Source: an uncultured Alphaproteobacteria bacterium (GTDB taxonomy: Bacteria; Pseudomonadota; Alphaproteobacteria; Methylaequorales; Methylaequoraceae). From it: a stretch of 64,000 bases of DNA. The stretch spans positions 17,534 through 81,533 of the forward strand of contig CABZMK010000002.1 in assembly GCA_902526865.1 (NCBI GenBank), read 5' to 3'. Under the pieces are notes generated by a model. That model did not search any database and had not been told where the DNA came from. It saw nothing but the letters and a program-made list of their open reading frames with translations. Below, one piece after another: positions 36,620 through 45,785 of this stretch. Each line of letters begins with the position of its first letter. Position 1 is the first letter of the stretch. A program made the translations under genes and the position numbers.

Positions 36620-37177
36620 TTATATTTTTTTTACAAAAAGAAATTTCGATTTTGATATTTTTTTCGTCTTCATAATTTCAAAGGAATCAAAATTTAAATC
36701 AGTGATTTTTTCTCCGAACTCAAGTACTCCGTAAGAATTTTTTTTCATTAAAAAATTTATCTTTTCTATAATTAATTCCAGTGAATATTTTTGATAGGGT
36801 GGATCGCAAAAAAAAAGATCAAATTTATCTTTAAATTTGGGAAATTTATCTTTTATAATGTCTAGTTTAACTATTTTAACATTTTGAACTATTTTCAATT
36901 CCTGACAGTTTTTTCTGCATAAATTTAATGATTCATTTGAAGAGTCAATAAAGGTTACTTTCTCAGCTCCTCTAGAGAGAGCTTCTATTCCTAAGGCACC
37001 AGTACCGCAAAAAAAATCAATTATCGCTTGTCCAGTAATTTTTTTTTTATCTTTTATGAGAAGAGAGTTTAGTGTATTGAAAATCATTTCTCTTGCTCTG
37101 TCAGAGGTTGGACGAATTGAATTATTAGATGGTGTTTTAATTAATCGTGTTTTAAATTTGCCTGAAATTATTCTCAT
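36620..37177 (-). CDS. rsmD: 16S rRNA (guanine966-N2)-methyltransferase
   Basis: Contains MRIISGKFKTR, FCGTGALGIEALSRGA and DPPY. Confidence 0.88.
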   Translation of the reverse strand: MRIISGKFKTRLIKTPSNNSIRPTSDRAREMIFNTLNSLLIKDKKKITGQAIIDFFCGTGALGIEALSRGAEKVTFIDSSNESLNLCRKNCQELKIVQNVKIVKLDIIKDKFPKFKDKFDLFFCDPPYQKYSLELIIEKINFLMKKNSYGVLEFGEKITDLNFDSFEIMKTKKISKSKFLFVKKI

Positions 37178-37901
37178 CAGTAAACCCTATTGAATTGAGT
37201 AATTTATCTAAAAATTTGATTTCTGTTTCAACTAAATTTCCGATTCCAATGTCATTTAATTCAAAAGGTCCAAAACTTATCCTTTTCAATTTTTGAACTT
37301 TGAGATTAAAGTAATTAAGAACTTTTCTTATTTCTCTGTTTTTACCTTCAGTTAATTTAACTTCCATCATATTTTTTTCTCCATTATCCGATAATTTTAT
37401 TTTAATTTCATTATACAAAATACCATCAACTAAAATTTGACCCTTAACCAATTTATCTAAATTTTTAGGAATTTTTCCCGACACTTTCACAATATATCTT
37501 CTTTCAATTTTATTACTTGGATCTTCAAGATACGAAGAAAGCTTCGGATTCGTAGTTAATAGCAATAAACCCTCGGATTTTATATCTAATCTTCCAACGG
37601 AAACAACTCTCGGAAGGCCTTTAGGAATTAACCTAAACAGGCTTTTTTGCGAAAATTGTTCTTTATTAGACGAGACATAACCGATAGGTTTATTTAAAAT
37701 CCAAACCCTTGTCTGAATATTTGTTAACAGTTTATCTTTTACTTTTATGGATTTTATAAGACTTTTCTCAATAAAAAATTCTTTAAATACATTATCGTTA
37801 ATTTTAACGTCACCATTTTTTATTAAAAATTCTGCATTTTTTCTTGAACAGATTCCTGCATGCGAAATTAATTTAGACAACCGAATTAATTTATTTGTCA
37901 A
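37152..37901 (-). CDS. Pseudouridine synthase, RsuA/RluB family
   Basis: Has an S4 domain (IRLSKLISHAGICSRKNAEFLIKNGDVKIN) and the catalytic motif VGRLDIKSEGLLLLT. Confidence 0.85.
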   Translation of the reverse strand: MTNKLIRLSKLISHAGICSRKNAEFLIKNGDVKINDNVFKEFFIEKSLIKSIKVKDKLLTNIQTRVWILNKPIGYVSSNKEQFSQKSLFRLIPKGLPRVVSVGRLDIKSEGLLLLTTNPKLSSYLEDPSNKIERRYIVKVSGKIPKNLDKLVKGQILVDGILYNEIKIKLSDNGEKNMMEVKLTEGKNREIRKVLNYFNLKVQKLKRISFGPFELNDIGIGNLVETEIKFLDKLLNSIGFTDENNFRQI

Positions 37902-38613
37902 TTTTTTTCTTGGCTGATGTTATCAATGATCTAATTACATTAATGTCCTTGTTGTCAATAAGAAATTCTGGATGCCACTGGACGCCTAGACAATAATTGG
38001 GCGTTGTACTTTCTATTGCTTCAATAATACCATCTTCTGAAACCGCAGAGACAATGAGGTTTTTCCCCAACTTATCGACGGCTTGATGGTGTGCTGAATT
38101 TACAAACATTTTCGAGCTTTTTACAAAACTGAAAAGTATTGTATTTTTTTTTATATGAACAAAGTGACTAGGTTCATTTCGTGGATTTGGTTGTTCATGA
38201 TTTATATCAGAGTCAATTATATCTGGAATATGTTGAAGAAGAGTTCCACCTAGAACGACATTTATTAACTGTTGTCCGCCGCAAATTCCAAGCACCGGAA
38301 TTTTTTTTTGGATGGCTTTTTTAGTTATTTTGAATTCGAAATTCGTTCTTCCATTTTTAATTCTCAATGTCGGTTTTCTTTCTTGACCATACATTTGTGG
38401 ATCAATATCAAAATCCCCCCCAGTAACAAGAAGTCCATCTATAAAGTTTAAATATTGATTAATCGCTTTTTCATTATTTGGTAAAAAAATAGATATGCCA
38501 CCTGCAATTTCTATAGATTCAGAATAATTTTTTCTAGCTGCGTACCATGGATATTTTGAATAGGTTTTTTCTTCTTCCTCATCCAATGTTATTCCAATTA
38601 CAGGCTTATTCAT
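37891..38613 (-). CDS. Class I glutamine amidotransferase, peptidase C26 (gamma-glutamyl-GABA hydrolase PuuD-like)
   Basis: Contains the GICGGQQ nucleophile elbow and HHQA...WHPE. Confidence 0.8.
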   Translation of the reverse strand: MNKPVIGITLDEEEEKTYSKYPWYAARKNYSESIEIAGGISIFLPNNEKAINQYLNFIDGLLVTGGDFDIDPQMYGQERKPTLRIKNGRTNFEFKITKKAIQKKIPVLGICGGQQLINVVLGGTLLQHIPDIIDSDINHEQPNPRNEPSHFVHIKKNTILFSFVKSSKMFVNSAHHQAVDKLGKNLIVSAVSEDGIIEAIESTTPNYCLGVQWHPEFLIDNKDINVIRSLITSAKKKIDK

Positions 38614-38655
38614 TAATCTTTTAAAAATTTAACTTAATGTTAGTATATTAAACAT

Positions 38656-39036
38656 ATGCGAAGATGTTGTAAAATTTTTATAAATAATTATGAGATTATT
38701 GCTGATTTAAATAACTCTTTAACAGCATCTCAAATTTGGAACTCACTCCCTATTTCTTCTGATATTAACACATGGGGAAATGAAATATATTTTAATACTT
38801 CTGTAAATGTTGAAGTTGAAGAAAAAGCAAAAGAAGTTATTCAGTTAGGAGAAATAGTTTATTGGCCCACTGGAAAAGTTATTGCAATTGGCTTTGGGAA
38901 AACTCCAATATCTCTCGGAGAAGAAATTAGACTTGCATCCAAATGTAATGTTTGGGCTAATACTAATTTCGATTTAAAAAAACTAGTTAATGTTCGTCAA
39001 GGTGAAAAAGTATTGGTCGAAAAGAGTAAAATATAA
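38656..39036 (+). CDS. Cyclophilin-like fold small protein (TM1367-like family)
   Basis: The pattern ADLNNSLTASQIWNSLP...WGNEIYF...GEIVYWPTGKVIAIGFGKTP resembles the cyclophilin-like domain family, from memory of the PF04126-type signature. Confidence 0.5.
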   Translation: MRRCCKIFINNYEIIADLNNSLTASQIWNSLPISSDINTWGNEIYFNTSVNVEVEEKAKEVIQLGEIVYWPTGKVIAIGFGKTPISLGEEIRLASKCNVWANTNFDLKKLVNVRQGEKVLVEKSKI

Positions 39037-39037
39037 T

Positions 39038-39478
39038 ATGAATGAGTATTTTATGAAACTTGCTTTAGATTTAGCAAAAAAATCATTTAAACAAAATGAA
39101 ATACCTGTTGGTTGCGTTTTAGTAAACGATAAAAATGAAATAATTAGTTACGCATCAAATTCCATGGTAAAGAATCATGACCCAACTTCGCATGCTGAAA
39201 TAGTTGCAATAAGAAAAGCTTGTAAGAAATTAAAAACAACAAAACTTTTAAATTTCTCAATTTATACAACGTTAGAACCATGTTTGATGTGTGAATCATT
39301 GATTATAAGTGTTGGCATAAAAAAAATTTATTTTGGCGCTTTTTCAGATAATGTAAAAATTCATAAGAGAAAAATGAAAAATTATTTTTCCAATGATAAT
39401 AATTATGAATTTTTTGGAGGTTTTAAAGAAAAAGAGTGTTCAGATTTAATAATTAATGCTTTAGAGAAAAAAAGATAA
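39038..39478 (+). CDS. tadA: tRNA-specific adenosine deaminase
   Basis: Has the CDA zinc motifs HAEIVAIRKA and PCLMC. I prefer the ATG at 39038 (MNEYFMKLAL), 1 nt after the upstream stop, over the tracked 38990. Confidence 0.88.
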   Translation: MNEYFMKLALDLAKKSFKQNEIPVGCVLVNDKNEIISYASNSMVKNHDPTSHAEIVAIRKACKKLKTTKLLNFSIYTTLEPCLMCESLIISVGIKKIYFGAFSDNVKIHKRKMKNYFSNDNNYEFFGGFKEKECSDLIINALEKKR

Positions 39479-40744
39479 TCATATATTTTTTTTACCGATA
39501 TCATTTCTAAAAAAACCTTCCTTCCAATCAATAAGTGCTACAGCTTTGTATGCAATTTTCCTTGCATGCACAATCGAATTACCTTGTGCAGTGACAGCTA
39601 GTACTCTTCCACCTGAAGAAATTACTTTTTCTTTTTTTAGTGTAGTTCCAGCATGAAATATCTCAACCCCCTTTAGAGATTGTGCCTTTGAAAGATTACT
39701 AATAACTTTATTCGTTTTATAGTTTCCAGGGTATCCTTTGGAAGCTACAACAATGCAGACAACAGATTGTTTTTTATTTCTAATGGTCAAATCAGAAAGC
39801 TTATCTTTCAAATTATAATCAATAATTTTTAAAATATCAGTTTGCAAGTTTCTTAGTAAAATTTGACACTCTGGATCCCCGAATCTTGCATTATATTCAA
39901 TAACATAAGGCCCCTGTGAAGTTATCATTAGACCAAAAAAAAGGATACCTCTGTATACCAATTTATCTTTTTTAAGTCCTAATAAGGTTGGAATTAAAAT
40001 TTTTTTTTCGATTTGATTTTGGATTTTTTTTGTCATTTTTTTTGTTGGACTAAAGCAACCCATTCCCCCAGTATTTGGTCCTTTATCATTGTTGAAAGCT
40101 CTTTTATGATCTAGCGCGTATCCTAGTTTGGCAAAACCATTTTTATCAAAGAAAGCAAAATAACTTACTTCAAAACCTGACAAATATTCCTCAATTATTA
40201 CTTTTTTTCCGGCTGAACCAAATTTTTTTTTTTTCATTATTTCATCTAGACCGTTGATTGCTTCACGTTTGGTTCTGCAAATAATTACTCCCTTACCTGC
40301 TGCTAATCCATCTGCTTTTATAACAATTGGGTATTTTGTAATAGACACATAATGAATAGCTGAATTAAACGATTTAAACTCTTTGTATTTAGCTGTATTA
40401 ATTTTGTTTTTTATTAGAAATCTTTTTGCAAAAGACTTCGATGATTCAAGCTTAGACGCTCTTTTACTAGGACCAAAAACGGGTATACCTTTTGATCTTA
40501 CATAATCACTTAGACCGTCCTCTAAAAATTGTTCAGGACCAATAATTACTAAATCAATTTCTTGTTTTTTACAGAATTTTATTAATTCATTTTTTTTATT
40601 TAAATCCAAGTTTTTACAAACCGCAATTTCTGATATTCCAGCATTTCCTGGGATGCAGAATAAAGAACGACATTTTCTGGATTTTCTTACAGCCCAGCAT
40701 ATTGCATGTTCTCTTCCACCACCACCTAAGACTAAAATATTCAA
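39479..40744 (-). CDS. purD: Phosphoribosylamine-glycine ligase
   Basis: Contains MNILVLGGGGREHAICWA and ATP-grasp motifs. Confidence 0.96.
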   Translation of the reverse strand: MNILVLGGGGREHAICWAVRKSRKCRSLFCIPGNAGISEIAVCKNLDLNKKNELIKFCKKQEIDLVIIGPEQFLEDGLSDYVRSKGIPVFGPSKRASKLESSKSFAKRFLIKNKINTAKYKEFKSFNSAIHYVSITKYPIVIKADGLAAGKGVIICRTKREAINGLDEIMKKKKFGSAGKKVIIEEYLSGFEVSYFAFFDKNGFAKLGYALDHKRAFNNDKGPNTGGMGCFSPTKKMTKKIQNQIEKKILIPTLLGLKKDKLVYRGILFFGLMITSQGPYVIEYNARFGDPECQILLRNLQTDILKIIDYNLKDKLSDLTIRNKKQSVVCIVVASKGYPGNYKTNKVISNLSKAQSLKGVEIFHAGTTLKKEKVISSGGRVLAVTAQGNSIVHARKIAYKAVALIDWKEGFFRNDIGKKNI

Positions 40745-40786
40745 GAAATTATTCCTTTTTTGATTTTTTTAAACTAAATTTGAAAC

Positions 40787-42112
40787 ATGAATATTCTTCC
40801 AAATATTGAAAAATTCACAGTCTCTCAATTAAACTATTCTATCAAAAATTTGATAGAAAATAAATTTCAAATTGTTTCAGTTATTGGAGAAGTGTCTCAA
40901 GTCAAGAAACATGGTTCTGGTCATATTTATTTTTCATTGAAGGATGAAGAAAGTGTTATTTCTGCTATTTGTTGGAGATCAGTTGTCCCCCGTCTCAAAA
41001 TAAATCTAGAAGATGGTATCAAAGTTGAAATCAAAGGGAAAGTTACAACATACTCACAACAATCCAAGTATCAATTGATTGTTCAGCAAATAGTTTTTGA
41101 GGGCGAAGGCAATTTGTTAAAACTTCTTGAACAAAGAAAAAGAAGATTAGCTGAACTTGGTTTTTTTGATGAATCAAAAAAGAAAGAAATCACGAAATTT
41201 CCAAATTCAATTGGAGTTATCACATCAGAATCGGGAGCAGTTATCAAAGATATAATTCACAGAGTATCTGATAGATTTCCAATAAAATTACTAATTTATC
41301 CCTCAAATGTTCAGGGAGATAAATGCTTAGATGACATAATTAGAGGGATTGAATATTTTAATATTAAAAAAGACAATTCAGTTGATGTTATAATAATTGC
41401 CAGAGGAGGCGGTAGTTTAGAGGATTTAATGCCATTTAATGAAGAGTTATTGGTAAAAAAAATTTTTGAGTCAAAAATACCAATTGTTTCTGCTGTTGGA
41501 CACGAAACAGACTACACTTTGTGTGATCTTGTCTCTGATCTCAGAGCTCCAACCCCTTCAGCTGCAGTTGAAATGATATTACCTAATAGGAAGGAAATTC
41601 TTATTAGATTATTGGATTCAGAGAGTAAATTAAAAAAGATATTTGCTCATTTTTTTGATAACCACAAATTAAGTCTTAAATTATTATCGTCTAAAATACC
41701 TGAATTATTAGAAACAGTGAATAATCATTTTCAGGAATTAGATTACCATGAACAAAGTCTAAAAAATTTTTTAAACTCATCTTTTAACAATATGAAGATA
41801 AATTTATACAGAGTTATCCAAAAGTTTTCACCTAGTAATCTAGCTAATATGGTGAAGTTCGAGTTATCTAGAGTTTTAAATAATTTTGAAAAAAACACTT
41901 TTTTTATAAATCAGAATCTTGATACTAAAAGAGAACGATTTAATTCAAAATCTAAAGAACTTTCAATTTTATCATATAAACAAACATTGAAGAGGGGTTT
42001 TGCTGTTATAAGAAAAGAAGATGTTATAATCAAAAATGATTTAGAGATTAAACATAATGATAAAATTGAGATAGAATTTGCAACAAGTAAAACTAAAGCT
42101 AAGAAAATATAA
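40787..42112 (+). CDS. xseA: Exodeoxyribonuclease VII large subunit
   Basis: Has an OB-fold N-terminus (VIGEVSQVKKHGSGHIYFSLKD) and ARGGGSLEDL. Confidence 0.92.
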   Translation: MNILPNIEKFTVSQLNYSIKNLIENKFQIVSVIGEVSQVKKHGSGHIYFSLKDEESVISAICWRSVVPRLKINLEDGIKVEIKGKVTTYSQQSKYQLIVQQIVFEGEGNLLKLLEQRKRRLAELGFFDESKKKEITKFPNSIGVITSESGAVIKDIIHRVSDRFPIKLLIYPSNVQGDKCLDDIIRGIEYFNIKKDNSVDVIIIARGGGSLEDLMPFNEELLVKKIFESKIPIVSAVGHETDYTLCDLVSDLRAPTPSAAVEMILPNRKEILIRLLDSESKLKKIFAHFFDNHKLSLKLLSSKIPELLETVNNHFQELDYHEQSLKNFLNSSFNNMKINLYRVIQKFSPSNLANMVKFELSRVLNNFEKNTFFINQNLDTKRERFNSKSKELSILSYKQTLKRGFAVIRKEDVIIKNDLEIKHNDKIEIEFATSKTKAKKI

Positions 42113-42906
42113 TGTTTTTAATTTTTTTTATCATTCTTATTTTTCCAGTAAATTTTAAAGCTGAAACATTTCCTAAAATTTTCGGTTGTTTTTGCGAGGG
42201 GGGAGTGATCACAGGAAATCTTGAGGATGGAAGTAAATTAAAAATTGACAATAAACAAGTCGAAGTTTTTGAAAAAGGAAGATTTATCTTTGCATTTGGG
42301 CGAAAATATAAAGACAATGTGAAAATTGAAATAAATGATAAAGTAAAAAAATTCACAGTTTCAAAAAAAAAATACAAAATCGAAAATATTAAAGGTCTTC
42401 CCAGGACAAAGGTTGAACCATCGAAAGAGGATTTAAACAAAATAATATCTGATCAGAATAAAATTAAAAAAGCTAAAATAATTGGTTACAAAACAAGACT
42501 TTTTAATGAAAAATTTATATTACCTTCAAAAGGAAGAATGTCAGGGTTTTATGGAAGTCAACGAATCCTTAATTCCAAACCAAGAAGACCTCATGCTGGA
42601 ATAGATATTGCTGCAAAGGAAGGTACAATTGTGACTGCACCTTCTTCAGGAATTATCAAATTAGTGGAGGAGGATATGTTCTTCACTGGTAATACTGTGA
42701 TAATGGATCATGGCTTAGGACTAATTTCAATTTTTGCTCACTTGAAGGATGTTTTTGTTGGAAAAGGAGAAAAAGTGTTGCAAGGCCAAAAAATTGGATC
42801 AATTGGTATGACAGGAAGAGCCACAGGTCCTCATCTTCATTGGGGTGTTTATTTAAACAATACATCTGTTGACCCCGAGGTCCTTTTACAATACGAACTT
42901 AATTAG
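42112..42906 (+). CDS. M23 family metallopeptidase
   Basis: Contains HAGIDIAA...GT.V.AP and GPHLHWGV motifs and a signal peptide. Joined to xseA by a TAATG overlap. Confidence 0.85.
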   Translation: MFLIFFIILIFPVNFKAETFPKIFGCFCEGGVITGNLEDGSKLKIDNKQVEVFEKGRFIFAFGRKYKDNVKIEINDKVKKFTVSKKKYKIENIKGLPRTKVEPSKEDLNKIISDQNKIKKAKIIGYKTRLFNEKFILPSKGRMSGFYGSQRILNSKPRRPHAGIDIAAKEGTIVTAPSSGIIKLVEEDMFFTGNTVIMDHGLGLISIFAHLKDVFVGKGEKVLQGQKIGSIGMTGRATGPHLHWGVYLNNTSVDPEVLLQYELN

Positions 42907-43861
42907 CATAAAGGCATTCCAAAACTCTCTTTTCAAACTTTTTTTTTTTTTCAATTTTCAAATTTAGATTTACAGGTTTTATTTTATTCTTAAATTCTTC
43001 AGGGACTTTTATATAGTCTTTGTTTGTACAGACAACTGTGAGATTTTCTTTTTTTGCTAAATTTAGTATGCTCAAAATATCTTTTTTTTTGAAAATGTAG
43101 TGATCGGAGAAACTTTTTATTCTTTTGATTGTAAAACCCGAGTGTAAAAGTGAATTGTGAAAATTTGAATTATTTCCAAGTGCTGAAAACACAAACAAGT
43201 TTTTATTTTTGCATGATTCGATACTTATTTCTTTTTTTGCCATAAAAACTTTCTGTTTTGGAATCATATCATTTTCAAAAATATTACTATTGTTTCCTAT
43301 AATTAAAATAAGATCGCTATTTTTAATACCACTATTAATAGGCTCTCTTAAAGGACCAGACGGAAAAATGTTTTTATTACCAAAACCGTAATCGCTATCA
43401 ATAACTAAAACTTTACAATCCTTTTTTATATCTATGCTCTGCAAACCGTCATCCATTATAATTAAGTTTCCACCTTGAGCCTCACAGAACTTGGCTCCTA
43501 AAATTTTTTTTTTGGATACACAGGTCAAACCAAAGTGTGAATGTAAAAGACTTTCATCTCCAACTTCGTGAAATGAGTGATTCTTTGAAACTATTAAAGG
43601 ACCATTTGCCGTTCCTTTATAACCTCTCGTTAAAACGAATATTTTTTTAAAATTTTTTGTTAAAATTTGTCTCATTTCTATTACAGTGGGAGTTTTTCCA
43701 GCTCCACCAAGTGTAATATTTCCAACACATAAAACTGGAATGTTACATCTCTTTTCTTTGTTACTTATCTTGTAAATAACAAAACATAAATAGTATAATA
43801 TTGAAAAAGGAAAGAGTAATAAGTTTAAAAAATTTTTAGATTTCCAAATTTTTTGCATCAT
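42899..43861 (-). CDS. lpxK: Tetraacyldisaccharide 4'-kinase
   Basis: Contains VGNITLGGAGKTP (P-loop). Sits in lpxK-waaA synteny. Confidence 0.9.
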   Translation of the reverse strand: MMQKIWKSKNFLNLLLFPFSILYYLCFVIYKISNKEKRCNIPVLCVGNITLGGAGKTPTVIEMRQILTKNFKKIFVLTRGYKGTANGPLIVSKNHSFHEVGDESLLHSHFGLTCVSKKKILGAKFCEAQGGNLIIMDDGLQSIDIKKDCKVLVIDSDYGFGNKNIFPSGPLREPINSGIKNSDLILIIGNNSNIFENDMIPKQKVFMAKKEISIESCKNKNLFVFSALGNNSNFHNSLLHSGFTIKRIKSFSDHYIFKKKDILSILNLAKKENLTVVCTNKDYIKVPEEFKNKIKPVNLNLKIEKKKKFEKRVLECLYAN

Positions 43862-45105
43862 TTTATAACACTTCTTAGGATAGACTTTGACTTGTAAAAC
43901 TTACTTTTACAAAGAGTTTTAAATTTTCGATTAGTTTCTCTATTTAAATTATTATCTTTTAAAAGTCTTGAAACCATCCGAACAAGCTGAGATGAATTTT
44001 TGACTTCAAACCCCGCTTTAAATTTAATAATGTCAGTTTTTATATCTTCAAAGTTTTCCATGTGTGGGCCAAAGATCAATGAACAATTAAAATCCTTTGT
44101 TTCTATAGGGTTATGTCCGCCATTGTTACTAAATGAACCACCGACAATTGCAATCTCTGATAATTTAAAAAAAATTCCTAATTCACCAAATGTATCAACC
44201 AACAAAAACTTTTCATTAGTAATTTTGAAATTACTTTCATTTCTTAAAAGAAATAAAAGCTTGTCTTTATTAAATTGATCCGTAATTTTTTTTATTCTGT
44301 TAATATGTCTGGGAATAATAATAAAAAACAAATTACTAATATCTTTTGATAAAACTCTGAAAATATCTGCAAACATTTTTTCTTCTTCTGCATGCGAACT
44401 AAATAAAGTTACAACTCTTTTTGATTTCAGTTGTTTAAAAATTTTATTGTAAGCAACACAATCAACTTCCAAGCCTTGAGAAATATATTTTAAGTTTTGT
44501 ATTCTTTTAACATTTTTTGTGCCAAGTTCTTTAAATCTTTTTAATGATTCATTATTTTGTGTATAACATTGATCTATTAATGGAAAAACGGATTTAGAAA
44601 TAAAACTTATTCTTTTCCAATTAATGAATGATTTTTTTGATAATCGAGCATTTAAAATGGAGAGCTTGATAGATTTCTCTTTCAAAATATAAAATATATT
44701 TGGCCAAATTTCAGACTCAATAAAAATTACCGAATTTGGATTCCAATATTTTAAGAATCTTTTTATTAAAAAATTTATGTCTATCGGGAAAAAAATAACA
44801 ACAAAATTATTTTTTGATTTAGATAATAAGTTGTAAGCACTGAGAGTTGATGTGCTAAATAAAATTGACGATTTAGGTTTGATTTTTTTTATTTCTCTCG
44901 CAACTGCGATTCCAGTTTTTGATTCACCTACACTAACACCATTAATCCAAATTAAATCTCCTTCAGGTCTTTTTTTTCTTGAAATTGAAAATTTTTCAAG
45001 AATACTCGAAATAGTTTCTTTAGAAACTAAAAAACGAAGAAAAAAAAAGAATAAGATAGGAATAAAAAACAAATTTGATAAATGTCTATAAATTAATAAC
45101 AACAT
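43858..45105 (-). CDS. waaA: 3-deoxy-D-manno-octulosonic acid (Kdo) transferase
   Basis: Contains WINGVSVGES (HaaSvGE-like), a GT30 fold and the C-terminal segment GGHNPIE. Confidence 0.9.
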   Translation of the reverse strand: MLLLIYRHLSNLFFIPILFFFFLRFLVSKETISSILEKFSISRKKRPEGDLIWINGVSVGESKTGIAVAREIKKIKPKSSILFSTSTLSAYNLLSKSKNNFVVIFFPIDINFLIKRFLKYWNPNSVIFIESEIWPNIFYILKEKSIKLSILNARLSKKSFINWKRISFISKSVFPLIDQCYTQNNESLKRFKELGTKNVKRIQNLKYISQGLEVDCVAYNKIFKQLKSKRVVTLFSSHAEEEKMFADIFRVLSKDISNLFFIIIPRHINRIKKITDQFNKDKLLFLLRNESNFKITNEKFLLVDTFGELGIFFKLSEIAIVGGSFSNNGGHNPIETKDFNCSLIFGPHMENFEDIKTDIIKFKAGFEVKNSSQLVRMVSRLLKDNNLNRETNRKFKTLCKSKFYKSKSILRSVIK

Positions 45106-45107
45106 AA

Positions 45108-45785
45108 CTAATTCGAGAAATTGTCAGATAACATCGTTACTCTTTTTATTTCTTTTTCTAAAATTAATTTATTTTCAGCAAGGGTTTTATTTTTATCAAA
45201 TTGAAATGGATTTCCCCAAACTGCTACAAATTTATTGAACGGCGTTACAAAAATGAATTTATCCCATGTATTTAGTGTAAATTTAAATTTAGCTGAGTAA
45301 CTTAATGGTATAACTGGAACATTCGTTTTTTTCAAAAGTGAGATAAGCCCTTTTTTTACTTCCCCATTAGGACCTCTTGGACCGTCGGGAGTGATCCCTA
45401 TTATAGTATCATTATTGATTTGTTTTAATATCTCCTTTAGGGAAGACAAATTATTTTTCCTCGAGGACCCGGTTATTGTCTGAATTCCAAAATAGGTTAT
45501 CGCGTTGGAAATTATTTTTCCGTCTGCATGTCCAGAAATAAGCATTTTAAATTCTTTAGACCATTTCCAGCAAAAAACTGTCATAAGCAATCTATTATGC
45601 CAAAAGCAGACTATAAAGCTTTTATTTTTTTTAATATGCCTTTCCACAATTTCTGAGTTCTTTGTTAACCAAATAGAGGTTTGGAAACAAAGCTTTAAAT
45701 AGAATGATATAGTCCAACCTAAAAATAACTGAAAATATTTATGTTTAAAGATTCTTTTCATTTTTCGTTTTGAATTGTAAATCAT
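45108..45785 (-). CDS. DUF374 lysophospholipid-acyltransferase-like protein
   Basis: Contains SGHADGKIIS...GSS and ITPDGPRGP motifs. Lies between msbA and waaA, as in many alphaproteobacteria. Confidence 0.75.
   Translation of the reverse strand: MIYNSKRKMKRIFKHKYFQLFLGWTISFYLKLCFQTSIWLTKNSEIVERHIKKNKSFIVCFWHNRLLMTVFCWKWSKEFKMLISGHADGKIISNAITYFGIQTITGSSRKNNLSSLKEILKQINNDTIIGITPDGPRGPNGEVKKGLISLLKKTNVPVIPLSYSAKFKFTLNTWDKFIFVTPFNKFVAVWGNPFQFDKNKTLAENKLILEKEIKRVTMLSDNFSN

Noticed and set aside
38990-39037. Tracked N-terminal extensions of tadA (38990) and rsmE (50713) that overlap upstream genes
   Set aside because: The extensions (MFVKVKKYWSKRVKYN and MLFFVIFLNIMLKSSYKV) lie inside neighbouring CDSs and are not part of the conserved domains. 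ATGs at 39038 and 50767 give canonical N-termini (MNEYFMKLAL, MPKIRIYF).
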